Source of the DNA: Eledone cirrhosa
Lineage: Eukaryota
Assembly (NCBI GenBank): GCA_964016885.1
Contig: OZ024740.1
Coordinates: 427,366,001 to 427,430,000 of the forward strand
DNA length: 64,000 nt
Direction of reading: 5' to 3'
Both the position numbers and the translations under genes were made by a program. The first letter of the stretch is position 1. The number at the start of each line of letters is the position of its first letter. Positions 51,498-64,000 of the stretch are shown here, piece by piece. Below the pieces are notes generated by a model that saw only the letters and a program-made list of their open reading frames with translations, searched no databases and was not told where the DNA came from.

Positions 51498-54400
51498 TCG
51501 CAAACACAACAACAAAACACACACACCCAGCAACAACGACAAGATAAATAGCAGAACCACACCCCACCTCCAGAAAAAGAATACACAGCAATAAATACAC
51601 ACAACAAGAAACTAATGACTTACATAATTGAACACACAGACATTTCAAAGAACGACTACATAATACCAGCACCAATCAAAACACCAACGAACATAAGACT
51701 GGTAAGAATAGCACTGAAACAATAAAGAAACATTAAAATAAAATTCCCCAACGCAGTTGGTGATTTCAGAGACCTAGGAGGGAGAGTATATTCGGATATA
51801 CTCACAGAAGAGCCGACGACCAGCCGAAGGGACGATTCAACGGTCCCTTCACCAGACGATCAAGTGGAAAGGGATGAAGAAACCATCCTTCCTCTACGAG
51901 AAGTAAGGTAGGTGGTCTTTCCCATCTTTTCCACTCCATTTCAACATGACCTCACTCAGAATAGGCAGCATAAATGCGCGTGGCTTGGGGTCGTCATGGA
52001 AGCATGGCCACCTGCTCAACGACCTCAGGTCACTAAACATAGATGCAGTGGCCATCAGCGAGACCAGAATCTCGGAAGACACGGGCCTTCGCACCGATCT
52101 TCGGCAGCTACGATGTGTACGCATCTCCCAGCCGTCCTGGATCGGGGGGGGGGCGTTGCTGTGCCTTTGCGGAGAGGTTTGGATCTCGCCATACGGGCCA
52201 TCTTCCTGGACCCAGAAGGTAAGTTGGTGGTGCTGGACGTGACCAGTGGAGACGGGCAAGCTTTCTGGCTAGTGGCCGTCTATGCCCCGACAGGAGCAGG
52301 GCGGCCTGATTTCTTCAGGCGTCTGGAGATATTTCTAGGAACGTCACGCTCATAGTGTTAGTGGGCGATTGGAACGGGATCTTAGATGCACGCTGGGACT
52401 GTGTGGGATTAACGGATAGGGGAGGAGGGTGCAAGAGCCTCACCAACCTGCTCAGGCGTTTTGAACTGTCTGACAGGTACCGATTGGATTTCCCGAATGT
52501 GCCAATGTGGACTTGGACAAACCGTATCGGGTCATCCAGATCATATCTAGATAAAGTATTTTGTAGGGAAATAGATAGGTCTAGCATAGGCTGTCCACAA
52601 TTCAAGATAGTCAGCTATACGGACCACAAATTCGTGATCTGTGTGCTTGACTTAGATAGGCTTCATAGACAAGGATCCGGCTCCTGGAAGCTAAACGTGT
52701 CCTTACCAGCGCGCAAGGCCTACAGAGACCGGATTAGCGAACTAGTTAAGCGAGCGTTGACGGCGGCCATCGTCAACAACAAGTGGTGGTTTGCTCTGAA
52801 AAGAGCGATTAGAATAGAGTCCATTAGGTTTAGTAAGGCTTTAATAATAGAGAAAAATAGAGCAGAGGGAGAACTAGTTAGAAAATTAGACGAGGCGCTT
52901 AGCAAAGGCATCGCGACCGACGTACTTGCGGCGAAATTGGCCCTTGACCAATTCTACAATGCAAAGCACGAAGGCGGCGTTGTCAGAGCTAGGGCGCGTG
53001 CTCTCAGACACGAGGGGACGAAAGCCGTTCAATGGGCCCGAGTGGCGGAGGTCCGTCGTGGCAACAAAGCCACGATCCGGTCTTTGGTGGACCACAACAA
53101 GCGCATGCTACTCGATCCCGGGCAAATGTGTGAAGCTTTTCAGCGACACTTCGCTCAGCTGTTCGGGGGCAGCGGCAGATTGGATCGAGGGATGGACTTT
53201 AGTGTCTACCTCGACAGACTGCCGCGGCTCTCGGCCACTGAGGCGGAGTGTTGCGAAAAGCCGATAACAGCCGCTGAAGTACGGGAGGCAATGACTGGCT
53301 GCAGAAGGGGTAAATCGCCTGGTTTGGATGATCTGCCCTATGAACTTTACGTACAGATGCCAGACTTGTTGGGAGGCCTCTTGGCGGACGTCTACTGCAA
53401 CTGGCAACAGAACGGGAGAATTCCCAGTTCTGTGAGCCGAGGAGTGGTGGCGCTGCTGAGAAAGGATCCGAACAAGGGGGATAACATAGATAATTTTAGG
53501 CCCATAACTCTGCTAAACACAGAGTTCAAGATTTTGGCCAAGGTGCTAGCAAAGAGGTTGGCGCTTGGCGTTGGTGGTCTGGTGGGAGAGGCGCAGACAT
53601 GCGCCATTCCCGACAGATCCATCCACGACAACCTCCACCTCGTGCGATACATCGTAGAGAGGGTAGCTAGGGAACCTGGCACGGGTGGTTCCTTGATCAA
53701 TTTAGATCAGTTGAAAGCTTTCGATAGAGTCGACCATCGTTAACTAGCGGCAGTCCTGAAGGCGGCTGGCTTTGGGCCCGTCGTCAGAGGCTGGATCGCT
53801 GCCATGCACAGCGACATCTGCTCTGTAGTGAGAGTGAACGGTCACCTATCGGAACCGTTCAACATCATGCGCTCGGTCCTTCAAGGATTTCCCCTCTCGT
53901 CCCTCTTGATCCGTGTCAGCATATGCGGACGATGTCACGTAGTGGTGTCGAACGCCAAACACATCGACGCGATCGGCACTACACTAAGAGAATACGAAGC
54001 GTTGACAGGAGCAATGATCAACCAGGAAAAGTCAGTGGGCCTGCAGCTCAGCACCTGGAGAGGCAGGTCCATGCCGTCCAACAGCGTCGTCGGACGCTGG
54101 ACGGACGGACCGGTTAAATTGTTAGGGGTCTGGTTCGGTCCGGACCTCCAGACGGACAAAAACTTGGACGAGGTGACGAGCAGGTTGGCTTCTATCACCC
54201 AGAAATGTGCGGAGCGGAAGCTATCCTTGAAAGGTCGAGCGGAGGTAGCTAACGCGTATATCGCGTCCGTCATCTACTACCGCCTGACCGTCGTACCTTG
54301 TCCTAAGCCTCGCCTGACTGCGCTGGAGCGTTTGCTCTATCGCTTTTGGTGGAAGGGACGCGCTCCGATGGTCAGGCGGTCCATCTGATGTCAACACACG

Positions 54401-55537
54401 CTACGTGGAGGGCTGGGCAGGCCGTGGCTGATGATGCGCAGACACGCGCTCAGGCTACGACATCTCCACCTCTTCCTCGATAGTGATCAGGTGTGGTCGC
54501 CGTTTGCTAGACGCATTTTTCCCCAGATCGTCTCCTTGACGGAGCTGCAGTCCTGGGTCAAGCGAAGACCGAGAGGGAGCGCCTGGAGACTGGAATGTTT
54601 TCAGGCGCTCACCGCCCTCGACCAATCGGGCAATGTGATCGGTGGAAACTCCACCTCGGCGTTCTATAGAGGATTAGTGGAGGGGAAGAGCGACGACGTA
54701 CTTGGGGAAACTCTAGGCGTCGACGAAAATCAACTAGCCAATCTCTTCGGAAGAACTTTCGGGCCAGGGCCTATGGACAACTTCCAGAAATCTTTGGCAT
54801 GGCAGTGCTATCGAGGAGCTTTGCCAGTTCGGGATAAACTCTACAGGCATGGAGGTGCCGTCAGTCGGGCATGTCCGAGATGCGCACAGTGCGATGAAAC
54901 CGTCCTGCACGCACTCATCCAGTGTCCGAAAATTGCTGACTTGTTGGTTTATGTCGAACACCTGCTGTCGCGTTTAGGACGGATCCCGCTATCATCTGAG
55001 TCCATCGTGAGGATTGCCCCGCCCTCCTCCTTTATCCGGGAAGGGCAGGCAGTTTTTATCTGTTTGGTGGCCATGACGAAAGAGATAGTATGGTGGACAC
55101 GTTTGAAAGGGCTGAAGACGAGCACTTACCTCTTCGGTGATGCCCTGATTGACTTTTTCAAATTTCATTTGAAAAGGAATATCAGAGTAGAGAGGGAAGT
55201 GCTCTCTTCCCAGCATTTTGTTGAAAGATGGGTGAGAGAAGCAAGAATGGCCCGAGTGAATGGGCCTACTCTGTGTATATATCTGTAAATTAAAGGTGGA
55301 AAACTGGGAGAGGGCACTTGCCTTGGTGGTCAGGGTCACTGTGGCCTTTTACTGGGCTTTCTCCACAAATGTCCCTCCGAAGTCTCCCACCTATTGGGGA
55401 ATTTTTCATTGTTATTTTTTTGTTACTTCCTCTGTTTTTGTTTTTTACACGCAGAAATGCCCATTTGTACCGTCCTGTATTGTCCTGCACTGTCCTTAAT
55501 GTCTACTTTATGTAAACCCTTGTGGTTAATAAAGAAA

Positions 55538-55584
<47 letters not shown>
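51498..55584 (+). mobile_element. 5'-truncated Tx1 subfamily 1, copy B (end of ORF1 plus disrupted ORF2 51946-55288)
   Basis: APE, RT and Zn-finger motifs; (ATT)n tail; 16-bp duplication ttgttctttgagtctc at 51484-51499 and 55592-55607. Confidence 0.95.
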
Positions 55585-55591
55585 GCTGTTG

Positions 55592-56193
55592 TTGTTCTTT
55601 GAGTCTCAGTCATTGATGTTATTAACTGGAAAGTTTGTTAAAATGAATATCAAGCCACTACCTGCAGCCTCAGATATTCAGGACGTATTGGAGGGTTCCC
55701 AGCAAGCATGCCTTTTGAGGTGTTCCAAAAAGCGGTGCTAGACTAATCTTCTTTAACCATCATTGGAAACTCTTTGAGATAGTACCTAGTGCACCTTTGA
55801 CAATCGGGACGACCTTGACTTCATGGCAGTTCCAAATCTTTTTTAACTCCCACTTTAAGTCCTGGTATCGGTTAATTTTCTCCCTCTCCTTTTCTTGCAC
55901 TCTCGTATCAAATGGGCAGGCTACATCCACAATCAGGTACGATCTTTTTTCCTTGTCCCAAACCATCAGGTCAGGCCTATTGTGTTCCAGTTTCTTATCC
56001 GTCTGTATCCTAAAATCCCATAACACCTTCACCTGATCGTTTTCTATCACCGACTCTGGCTTATGCTCATACCACTTCTCAGAATGTGGTAAATTGTTTA
56101 CTTTGCATAGATGCCAGTGGATCACTCTGCCTATCATATCATGTCTCCAACCTTTATAGCGAGTCTGGGCTAGGTGTTTACACTCGGATACAA
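55592..56193 (-). mobile_element. 5'-truncated Dong copy (RLE domain plus complete 3'UTR)
   Basis: RHD...VLWDFRIQTDKKLEHNRPD...EKEREKINRY; (ATT)n on both sides. Confidence 0.92.
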
Positions 56194-56210
56194 TTATTAT
56201 TATTATTATT

Positions 56211-57587
56211 GGGACGAGGTAACGAGCAGAGTAGCCAGTCTCACCCAAAAATGGGCTGGGAGGAAGCTATCACTGAAAAGTCGCGCGAAGGTGGCGAATG
56301 CGTACATCGCATCCGTCATTTACTACCGCCTGACCGTCGTGCCTTGCCCCCGTCCGGCTCTTCTTCAAATTCTTGTGGAGGGGACAAGTTCCGTTGGTGA
56401 GGCGGTCCATCTGCTGCCAGCACCCTCTACACGGAGGGCTGGGCATGCCGTGGCTAATGATGCGCAGACATGCGTTTAGGCTGCGACATCTCAAGATATT
56501 CTGCCTCAACGGTGAACAGGTGTGGTCGCCGTTTATCAGACGGGCCTTTCCGCAGCTCATTTCTCTGACTGAACTGCAGTTCTGGTTCAAGAAGAGACAG
56601 AGACTGGGTGACTAGCACCTGGAATGTTGCCAGACACTCACTGCCCTCTACCAAGCGGGCAATGCGATCAGTGGAACTTCCACTCTCGAGTTCTATAGAG
56701 GATTAGTGGTGGGCAAGTGCGATCACGCAATCGGAGAAGCTTTGGGCCTCGACGGAGTCGAACTGACCAGTCTGTACCGGAGGACTTTTGAACCGGGGAC
56801 GATGGACAATTTCCAGAATTCCCTCGCTTGGCAGTGCTACCGGGGGGTTCTGCCGGTTCGGGATAAACTCTACAGGCACGGAAGTGCTGTCAGACGGACC
56901 TGCCCAAGATGCGCACAGAACGACGAAACCGTTCTGCACGCACTTGTCCAATGTCCGTGCATTACTGACTTGTGGAGTTATGTCGAACAGCTACTGTCGC
57001 GTGTGGAACGAATCCGGCTATTGGCCGAGTCCATAGGGAAGATCGACCCACCGCATTCCTTATGTCAGGAAGAGCAGGAAATTTTCCTCTGTCTGGTGGC
57101 AGTTGCGAAAGGGGTTATATGGTGGACCAGGTTAAAAGGACTGAAGACAGACACTTTTCTCTTCGGCCAATCCCTCATCAACTTCTTCAAGTTTCACCTC
57201 GAAAGGAAGGTGAGGGTGGAGAGAGAAGTGCTTCCCCCCAGTACATTTGCTAAAAGGTGGGTGAATGTGGCGAGAATGGCTCGTGTGAATGGGCCTACTC
57301 TGACCATGTGCCTATAGGCTAGCTAACTTAAGGAGAGGGGTGCTCTCCCTGGGTGCCCTAGAAGTGCAGGGTGGTTCAGGATTGGTGGGGTACCCGAGTC
57401 ACCCAGGGTCGTCCACCCCCAATCGGGGAATTTATTTTGTCATGTTTATGCATAGTTTATTTTATATTTTTATATCTTCATTGTTAAATTAATCTTGCCA
57501 TTGTGCACTTTTACTCGACCTTATTGTAAACCCCCACTATCCCTGTCTTTGTATTGTCCCCTAGATGTCGGTCCTTGTGGCTAATAA
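56211..57587 (+). mobile_element. 5'-truncated Tx1 subfamily 2
   Basis: Diverged ORF2 C-terminus (CPRCAQNDETVLHALVQCP) and a different 3'UTR ending ccttgtggctaataa+(TTA)n. Confidence 0.9.
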
Positions 57588-57598
57588 TTATTATTATT

Positions 57599-60500
57599 GA
57601 ATGCTATGGTTGACGGAGGCTCGGCTCTGTAAGGTATTGTAAATTTTGAATGCTATAACAATTGTAAATTGTTTAAAACTTTAACGAACTTGTAGACAAA
57701 AACACCCTCCTCCTCGTGAGAGGGGTCTTTCTGCCCGTTATTTGGCCCTTCGGGGTTAAATAACTGCTTATTGGGGTTTTGTGCCCAATATTTATTTTAA
57801 ACAAAAAAAACAACATGGCTACGAAATAGAAGTTTCATAGGTCACTCCCACTCATTCCGTCTTCTTCTTCCTCAATCATCACTACAGCAGAGAGAAGATT
57901 GTCTTTCTCCCTCCCTTCTTTAAATGTGTCTCTCTCCCTCCCTTCTCTTTTGCAAGCGACGACAGAAAAGAAAAGTCTCGTGCAAAGCGTGCAAGATTTC
58001 TCCACGACGACGACGACAACGACGAAACAGGTGTGCGGGAAATACGAAAACCCATTTCATTCGTCTGACGTCAGGAATATTAGCAGTAGCAGCCGTAATA
58101 ACAACAGCAACAGTGACAATGAAAACAACAGTAGCAGCCGCAACAGCATCAGCAGCAGCATAAACAACAACAGCATTAGCAGCAGCAACACCAACAACAA
58201 CCACAGCAACAGCGGCGGAGGCAGTAGTCATAGTACCTGCAGCAACAACAAAAGTAACAGCAGCTCTGACGACAACAACAACAGCAGCAAAGAAAAACCA
58301 ATCTCGTTTGCAGGTATCGCGAAGAACCTGGAAACAATCCTCATAACAAATGAGGAATTAGAGGAAGCGAAGAAGATGGTGACAAAGACTGGACACCGAG
58401 CAATCTGCAAAGCAGCGGAAAAACTTTTCGAAACCCAACAGCACTGTACGGTCCAGTAGGGTTGAAAGAGCCACAGAGGCTCAAATACAAAAAGCCTTGG
58501 GGTCTGTGTGGCAGCGGAAAACGCACATCACCCGAGGCAAAAAATATGCCACCGTAGACGTACTTTTTGCCACACCCCAGGAGACAAAGGCTCAATCCGT
58601 AGTGACCCTAAGGAGCGAGGAAATGGTGTTGGTGCCCTCCTACTGCGGGCAAAAAATTGTGAGGGTCAAACTGACCCACGTCCCCCCCGGGATGGCCCCT
58701 TCTTGGCTGGCCGCGTCCGCCCTCGTCGGAACCGAGGACAAAACAACTGTACTGCAAGTACAGAAAAAAGTAAGAGAAGATTGGGTCGGCACCTCCATTG
58801 AGATGCTAATCCAAACCAACCAGGAGTGCATCTAAGCTATCCCGGATGTGATAGACTTCGATAACGGCACTCAACTGCCCATAAGTGTTGAGGGCAAACG
58901 CCCGAAATGCTTTCGCTGTGGATCGAAGACTCACCTCAGGGCCTTCTGCAACGAGAAGACCTTGAGAAAGGAGAAAACCCCCCTCCTTCCGAAACCGGCT
59001 CCACGGCTACCAGCAACAGGACAAGCGGCAACCAGGAACGATAGGTCCGTGGCACCTATACCCACGCCACGGAAATCAAAAACAGCAGCAGGAGTGGAAA
59101 TATTAACAACAACAAAAGCAATACCAAATGCAGCTGCAACAGAGACTCCAGTGCAAACATCACCAACAATAACAAGTGAAAGAGTGGAGCTGGTACCCCT
59201 CCCCGACCTCACAGAATCAGACATGGAGTGTGAGGTGGGAGAGGGATGGCAAAAGGTCGTAAGAAGGCACAAACGCAGAAGCAGCGCATCGTCGCCTTTG
59301 AAAAGGGAGGAAAGAAATGAGAAAAGGGTAAAGTCTACTGCAAACAGACTCACAGCAGCAACACCACCAACACCATCACCACCCACACTAGCACCACCAT
59401 CAACACCGGCGACAACCTCACCGCCAACAACACCTTCAACACCACCACCACAAGCACCAACATCGCAAACACAACAACAAAACACACACACCCAGCAACA
59501 ACGACAAGAAAATAGCAGAACCACACCCCACCCCCAGAAAAACAAATGCTCGGCAATAAATACACACAACAAGAAACTAATGACTTACATAATTGAACAC
59601 ACAGACATTTCACAACACTACTACATAATACCAGCACCAATCAAAACGCCAACTAACATAAGACTGCTAAAAATAGCACAGAAACAATACACAAACATTA
59701 AAACGAAATTCCCCAACGCTGTTGGTGATTTCAGGGACCTAGGAGGAACTATCAATCGAAGAGTATATTCGGACATACTCATAGAATAGCCGACGACCAG
59801 CCGAAGGGACGATTCAACGGTCCCTATCCAGACGATCAAGTGAAAAGGGATGTAAAAACCATCCCCCTCTACGAAAAGTACGGTAAGTGGTCTTTCCCAT
59901 CTTTTCCACTCTATTTTAAACATGACCTCACTCAGAATAGGCAGCATAAATGCGCGTGGTTTGGGGTCGTCATGGAAGCAGGGTCACCTGTTCAACGACC
60001 TCAGGTCACTAAACATAGATGTAGTGGCCATCAGCGAGACCAGAATCTCCGAAGCACGGGCCTTCGCACCGATCTTCGGCGGCTACGATGTGTACGCATC
60101 TCCCAGCCGTCCTGGATCGGGGGGAGGAGTTGCTGTGCTTTTTCGGAGAGGTTTGGATCGTGCCATACGGGCCATCTTCCTTGACCCAGAGGGTAAGCTG
60201 GTGGTGCTGGACGTGACCAGCGGAGACGGGCAAGCTTTCAGGCTAGTGGCCGTCTATGCCCCGACAGGAGCAGGGCGGCCTGATTTCTTCCGGCGTCTGG
60301 AGACCTTTCTTGGAACGTCCCGCTCTTTAGTGTTAGTGGGCGACTGGAACGGGATCTTAGATGCACACTGGGACTGTGTGGGATTAGCGGATAGGGGTGG
60401 AGGGTGCAAGAGCCTCACCAACCTGCTCAGGAGTTTTGAACTGTCTGACAGGTACCGATTGGATTTCCCGAATGTGCCAATGTGGACTTGGACAAATCGC

Positions 60501-63325
60501 ATAGGGTCATCCAGATCATATCTAGATAGAGTATTTTGTAGTGAAATAGATAGGTCTAGCATAGGCTGTCCACAATTCAAGATAGTCAGCTACATGGACC
60601 ACAAATTCGTGATCTGTGTGCTTGACTTAGAAAGGCTTCATAGACGAGGACCCGGCTACTGGAAGCTAAACGCGTCCTTACCAGCGCGCAAGGCCTACAG
60701 AGATCGGATTAGCGAACTAGTTAAGCGGGCGTTGACGGGGGCCATCGTCAACAACAAGTGGTGGTTTGCTCTGAAAAGAGCGATTACAATAGAATCCATT
60801 AGGTTTAGTAAGGCTTTAGCAATAGAGAAAAATAGAGCAGAGGGAGAACTAGTTAGAAAATTAGACGAGGCGCTTAGCAAAGGCATTGCGACCGACGTGC
60901 TTGCTGCGAAATTGGCCCTTGACCAATTCTTCAATGCAAAGCACGAAGGCTGCGTTGTCAGAGCAAGGGTGCGTGCTCTCAGACACGAGGGGACGAAAGC
61001 TGCTCAATGGGCCCGAGTTGCGGAGATGCGTCGTGGCAACAAAGACACGATCCGGTCTTTGGTGGACCACGACGGGTGCATGCTACTCGATCCCGGGCAA
61101 ATGTGTGAAGCTTTTCAGCGACACTTCGCTCAGCTGTTCGGGGGCAGCTGTGGGCCGGGTCGAGGGATGGACTTTAGTGTCTACCTCGACAGACTGCCGC
61201 GGCTCTCGGCCACTGAGGCGAAATGTTGCGAAAAGCCGATAACAGCCGCTGAAGTAAGGGAGGCAATGACTGGCTGCACAAGGGGTAAATCGCCTGGTTT
61301 GGATGGTCTGCCCTATGAACTATACGTACAGATGCCAGACTTGTTCGGAGGCCTCTTGGCGGACGTCTACTGCAACTGGCAACAGAACGGGAGAATTCCC
61401 AGTTCTGTGAGCCGAGGAGCGGTGGCGCTGCTGAGAAAGGAACCGAACAAGGGGGATAATATAGATAATTTCCGGCCCATAACTCTGCTAAACACAGAGT
61501 TCAAGATTTTGGCCAAGGTGCTAGCAAAGAGGTTGCGCTTGTCGTTGGTGGTCTGGTGGGAGAGGCGCAGACATGCGCCATTCCCGACAGATCCATCCAC
61601 GACAACCTCCACCTCATGCGATACATCGTAAAGAGGGTAGCTAGGGAACCTGGCACGGGTGGGTCCTTGATCAATTTAGATCAGTCGAAAGCTTTCGATA
61701 GGGTCGACCATCGTTACCTAGCGGCAGTCCTGAGGGCGGCAGGCTTTGGGCCCGTTTTCAGAGGCTGGATCGCTGCCATGCACAGCGACATCTGCTCTGT
61801 GGTGAGAGTGAACGATCACCTGTCGGAACCGTTCAACACCATGCGCTCGGTCCGCCAAGGATGTCCCCTCTCGTCCCTCTTGTACGTATTGACTCTCGAG
61901 CCATTACTGCATAAACTGGAGACGTTGAGGGCGTCCCGCGCGAACTAGGATGCGGAAGATCCGTGTCAGCATATGCGGACGATGTCACAGTAGTGGTGTC
62001 GAACGCCAAACACATCGACGCGATCGGCACTACACTAAGAGAATACGAAGCGGTGACAGAAGCAATGATCAACCAGGAAAAGTCAGTGGGCTTGCAGCTC
62101 GGCACCTGGAGAGGCAGGTCCATGCCGTCCAACAGCGTCGTCGGACGCTGGACGGACGGACCGGTTAAATTGCTAGGGGTCTGGTTCGGTCCGGACCTCC
62201 ATGCGGACAAAAGCTGGGACGAGGTGACGAGCAGGTTGGCTTCTCTCACCCAGAAATGGGCGGAGAGGAAGCTATCCCTGAAAGGTCGAGCGGAGGTAGC
62301 TAACGCGTACATCGCGTTTGTCATCTGCTACCGCCTGACCGTCGTACCTTGTCCTAAGCCTCGCCTGACTGCGCTGGAGCGTTTGCTCTTTCGCTTTTTG
62401 TGGAATGGACGCTCTCCAATGCTCAGGCGGTCCATCTGTTGTCAACACCCGCTACGTGGAGGGCTGGGCGTGCTGTGGCTGATGATGCGCAGGCACGCGC
62501 TCAGGCTACGACATCTCCACCTCTTCCTCGACGGTGATCAGGTGTGGTCGCCGTTTGCTAGACACGTATTTCCCCAGCTCGTTTCCTTGACGGAGCTGCA
62601 GTCCTGGGTCAAGCGAAGACCGAGAGGGAGCGCCTGGAGACTGGAATGTCTTCAGGCGCTCACAGCCCTCGACCAATCGGGCAATGTGATCGGTGGAAAC
62701 TCTACCTCGGCGTTCTATAGAGGATTAGTGGAGGGGAAGAGCGACGACGTACTTGGGGAAACTCTAGGCGTCGACGAAAATCAACTAGCCAATCTCTTCG
62801 GAAGAACTTTCGGGCCGGGGCCTATGGACAACTTCCAGAAATCTCTGGCCTGGCAGTGCTACCGAGGAGCCTTGCCAGTTCGGGATAAACTCTACAGGCA
62901 TGGAGGTGCCGTCAGCCGGGCATGTCCGAGATGCGCGCAGGGCGACGAAACCGTCCTGCACGCACTTGTCCAGTGTCCGAAAATTGCTGACTTGTGGGTT
63001 TATGTCGAACACCTGCTGTCGCGTTTAGGACGGATCTGGCTATCATCTGAGTCCATTGTGAGGATTGCCCCGCCCTCCTCCTTTAGCCGGGAAGGGCAGG
63101 CAGTTTTTATCTGTCTGGTGGCCATAGCGAAAGAGATAGTATGGTGGACACGTTTGAAAGGGCTGAAGACGAGCACTTACCTCTTCGGTGATGCTCTGAT
63201 TGACTTTTTGTTACATCCTCTGTTTTTGTTTTTTACACGCAGAAATGCCAATTTGTACCGTCCTGTATTGTCCTGCACTGTCCTTAATGTCTACTTTATG
63301 TAAACCCTTGTGGTCAATAAAGAAA

Positions 63326-63358
<33 letters not shown>

Positions 63359-63365
63359 TATTATT
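57599..63365 (+). mobile_element. Full-length Tx1 subfamily 1, copy C (ORF1 57815-59886, ORF2 from 59922; stops, frameshifts, 3' deletion)
   Basis: Same 5' end GAATGCYATGGTTGACGG as copy A; CCHC knuckle; APE, RQGCPLS, YADD, Zn finger; (ATT)n tail. Confidence 0.95.
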
Positions 63366-63679
63366 GGCTGTCGGACAGTGAAGACGTGTTTTTGGAGATC
63401 CGCAAAAGTAATACATTTTCTGCTTATTTTCATTTAAAATAACTGTTGCACTCTATGAAAAGAGTCGTAAGACTTCCGTCTTTGCCCCGTGAAGGGTGAC
63501 TATAATAATTTGGCCTTTTGGCCCAAATATTTCAACTTTTTGTATTTTTAAAAAAATTCTCGAAAAAAAATACATAGCTGAGCCATGTTCGAACTTCGGG
63601 TCTGCTATTGTGTGACAGCGACCTAAACGTTGAGAGAAGGGAAGCGGCAAACTCATTGATTTATACTATAAATACATTT

Positions 63680-64000
63680 AGTAGCACCACCACAAACAGC
63701 ATGAACAGCTGCAGCAGAAACACCAAAGGGAGAACAATAACCTTAAAAAAAAACAACTACAATACCACCAGCAATTTCCAAAAGATTGACAACATAAATA
63801 ATGACAACAAAAACAACGAAATTAACACCACTAACAAGAACATAAACAGTGACAGCATCAACAGCAACAATACCAACTGCACCGAGAACAACAACGGCGG
63901 CACCAAAGATTTAACCAACTGCAACAGTGATAACAGCGACAACACCAACAAGAACAACGACAACACCAACAACAGGAACAATTTCGCTACAGCGCTATGC
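63680..64000 (+). repeat. (AAC)-rich low-complexity tract, possibly an old LINE ORF1 remnant; similar tracts at 26850-27110 (-) and 28790-29025
   Basis: Composition only. Confidence 0.35.

Noticed and set aside
57700-57790. HDV-like ribozyme in the Tx1 5'UTR (UCCUCGU loop)
   Set aside because: No P1 helix could be placed by eye
58931-59572. Antisense ORF within Tx1 ORF1 (also 7971-8678)
   Set aside because: Shadow of a low-complexity Thr/Pro-rich sense frame with no recognisable motifs
59922-63303. Intact active LINE ORF2
   Set aside because: At least two frameshifts, a 3' deletion and stops in ORF1; none of the three copies is intact as assembled

Overview
AT-rich, repeat-saturated eukaryotic DNA with no intact host gene. 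The SINE repertoire and microsatellite load suggest a cephalopod (octopus-like) genome, which is an inference. Nearly all ORF-track hits are microsatellite artefacts or broken retrotransposon ORFs. Identifiable content: two full-length and several truncated L1/Tx1-clade LINEs (at least 3 subfamilies); R4/Dong RLE-type LINE copies; RTE, CRE and CR1/Jockey-like remnants; many tRNA-derived SINEs; two non-autonomous Helitron-like elements; mariner/Tc1 remnants; a 47-bp and a 13-bp tandem array; and a 1.18-kb palindrome built from a Penelope-like element 3' end. Three observations stand out. (1) A set of type I hammerhead ribozyme motifs sits in Penelope-type short repeats next to (TA)n, including a family with covarying stems and a recurrent U-U pair at 10.1/11.1. 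(2) Tx1 LINEs, Dong LINEs and one SINE family stack at (TAA)n/(ATT)n microsatellites with a consistent strand rule, while a sister Tx1 subfamily sits in (GATA)n. (3) That SINE shares a 3'-terminal motif with the Tx1 LINE. All structure calls were made by eye and are not computed.
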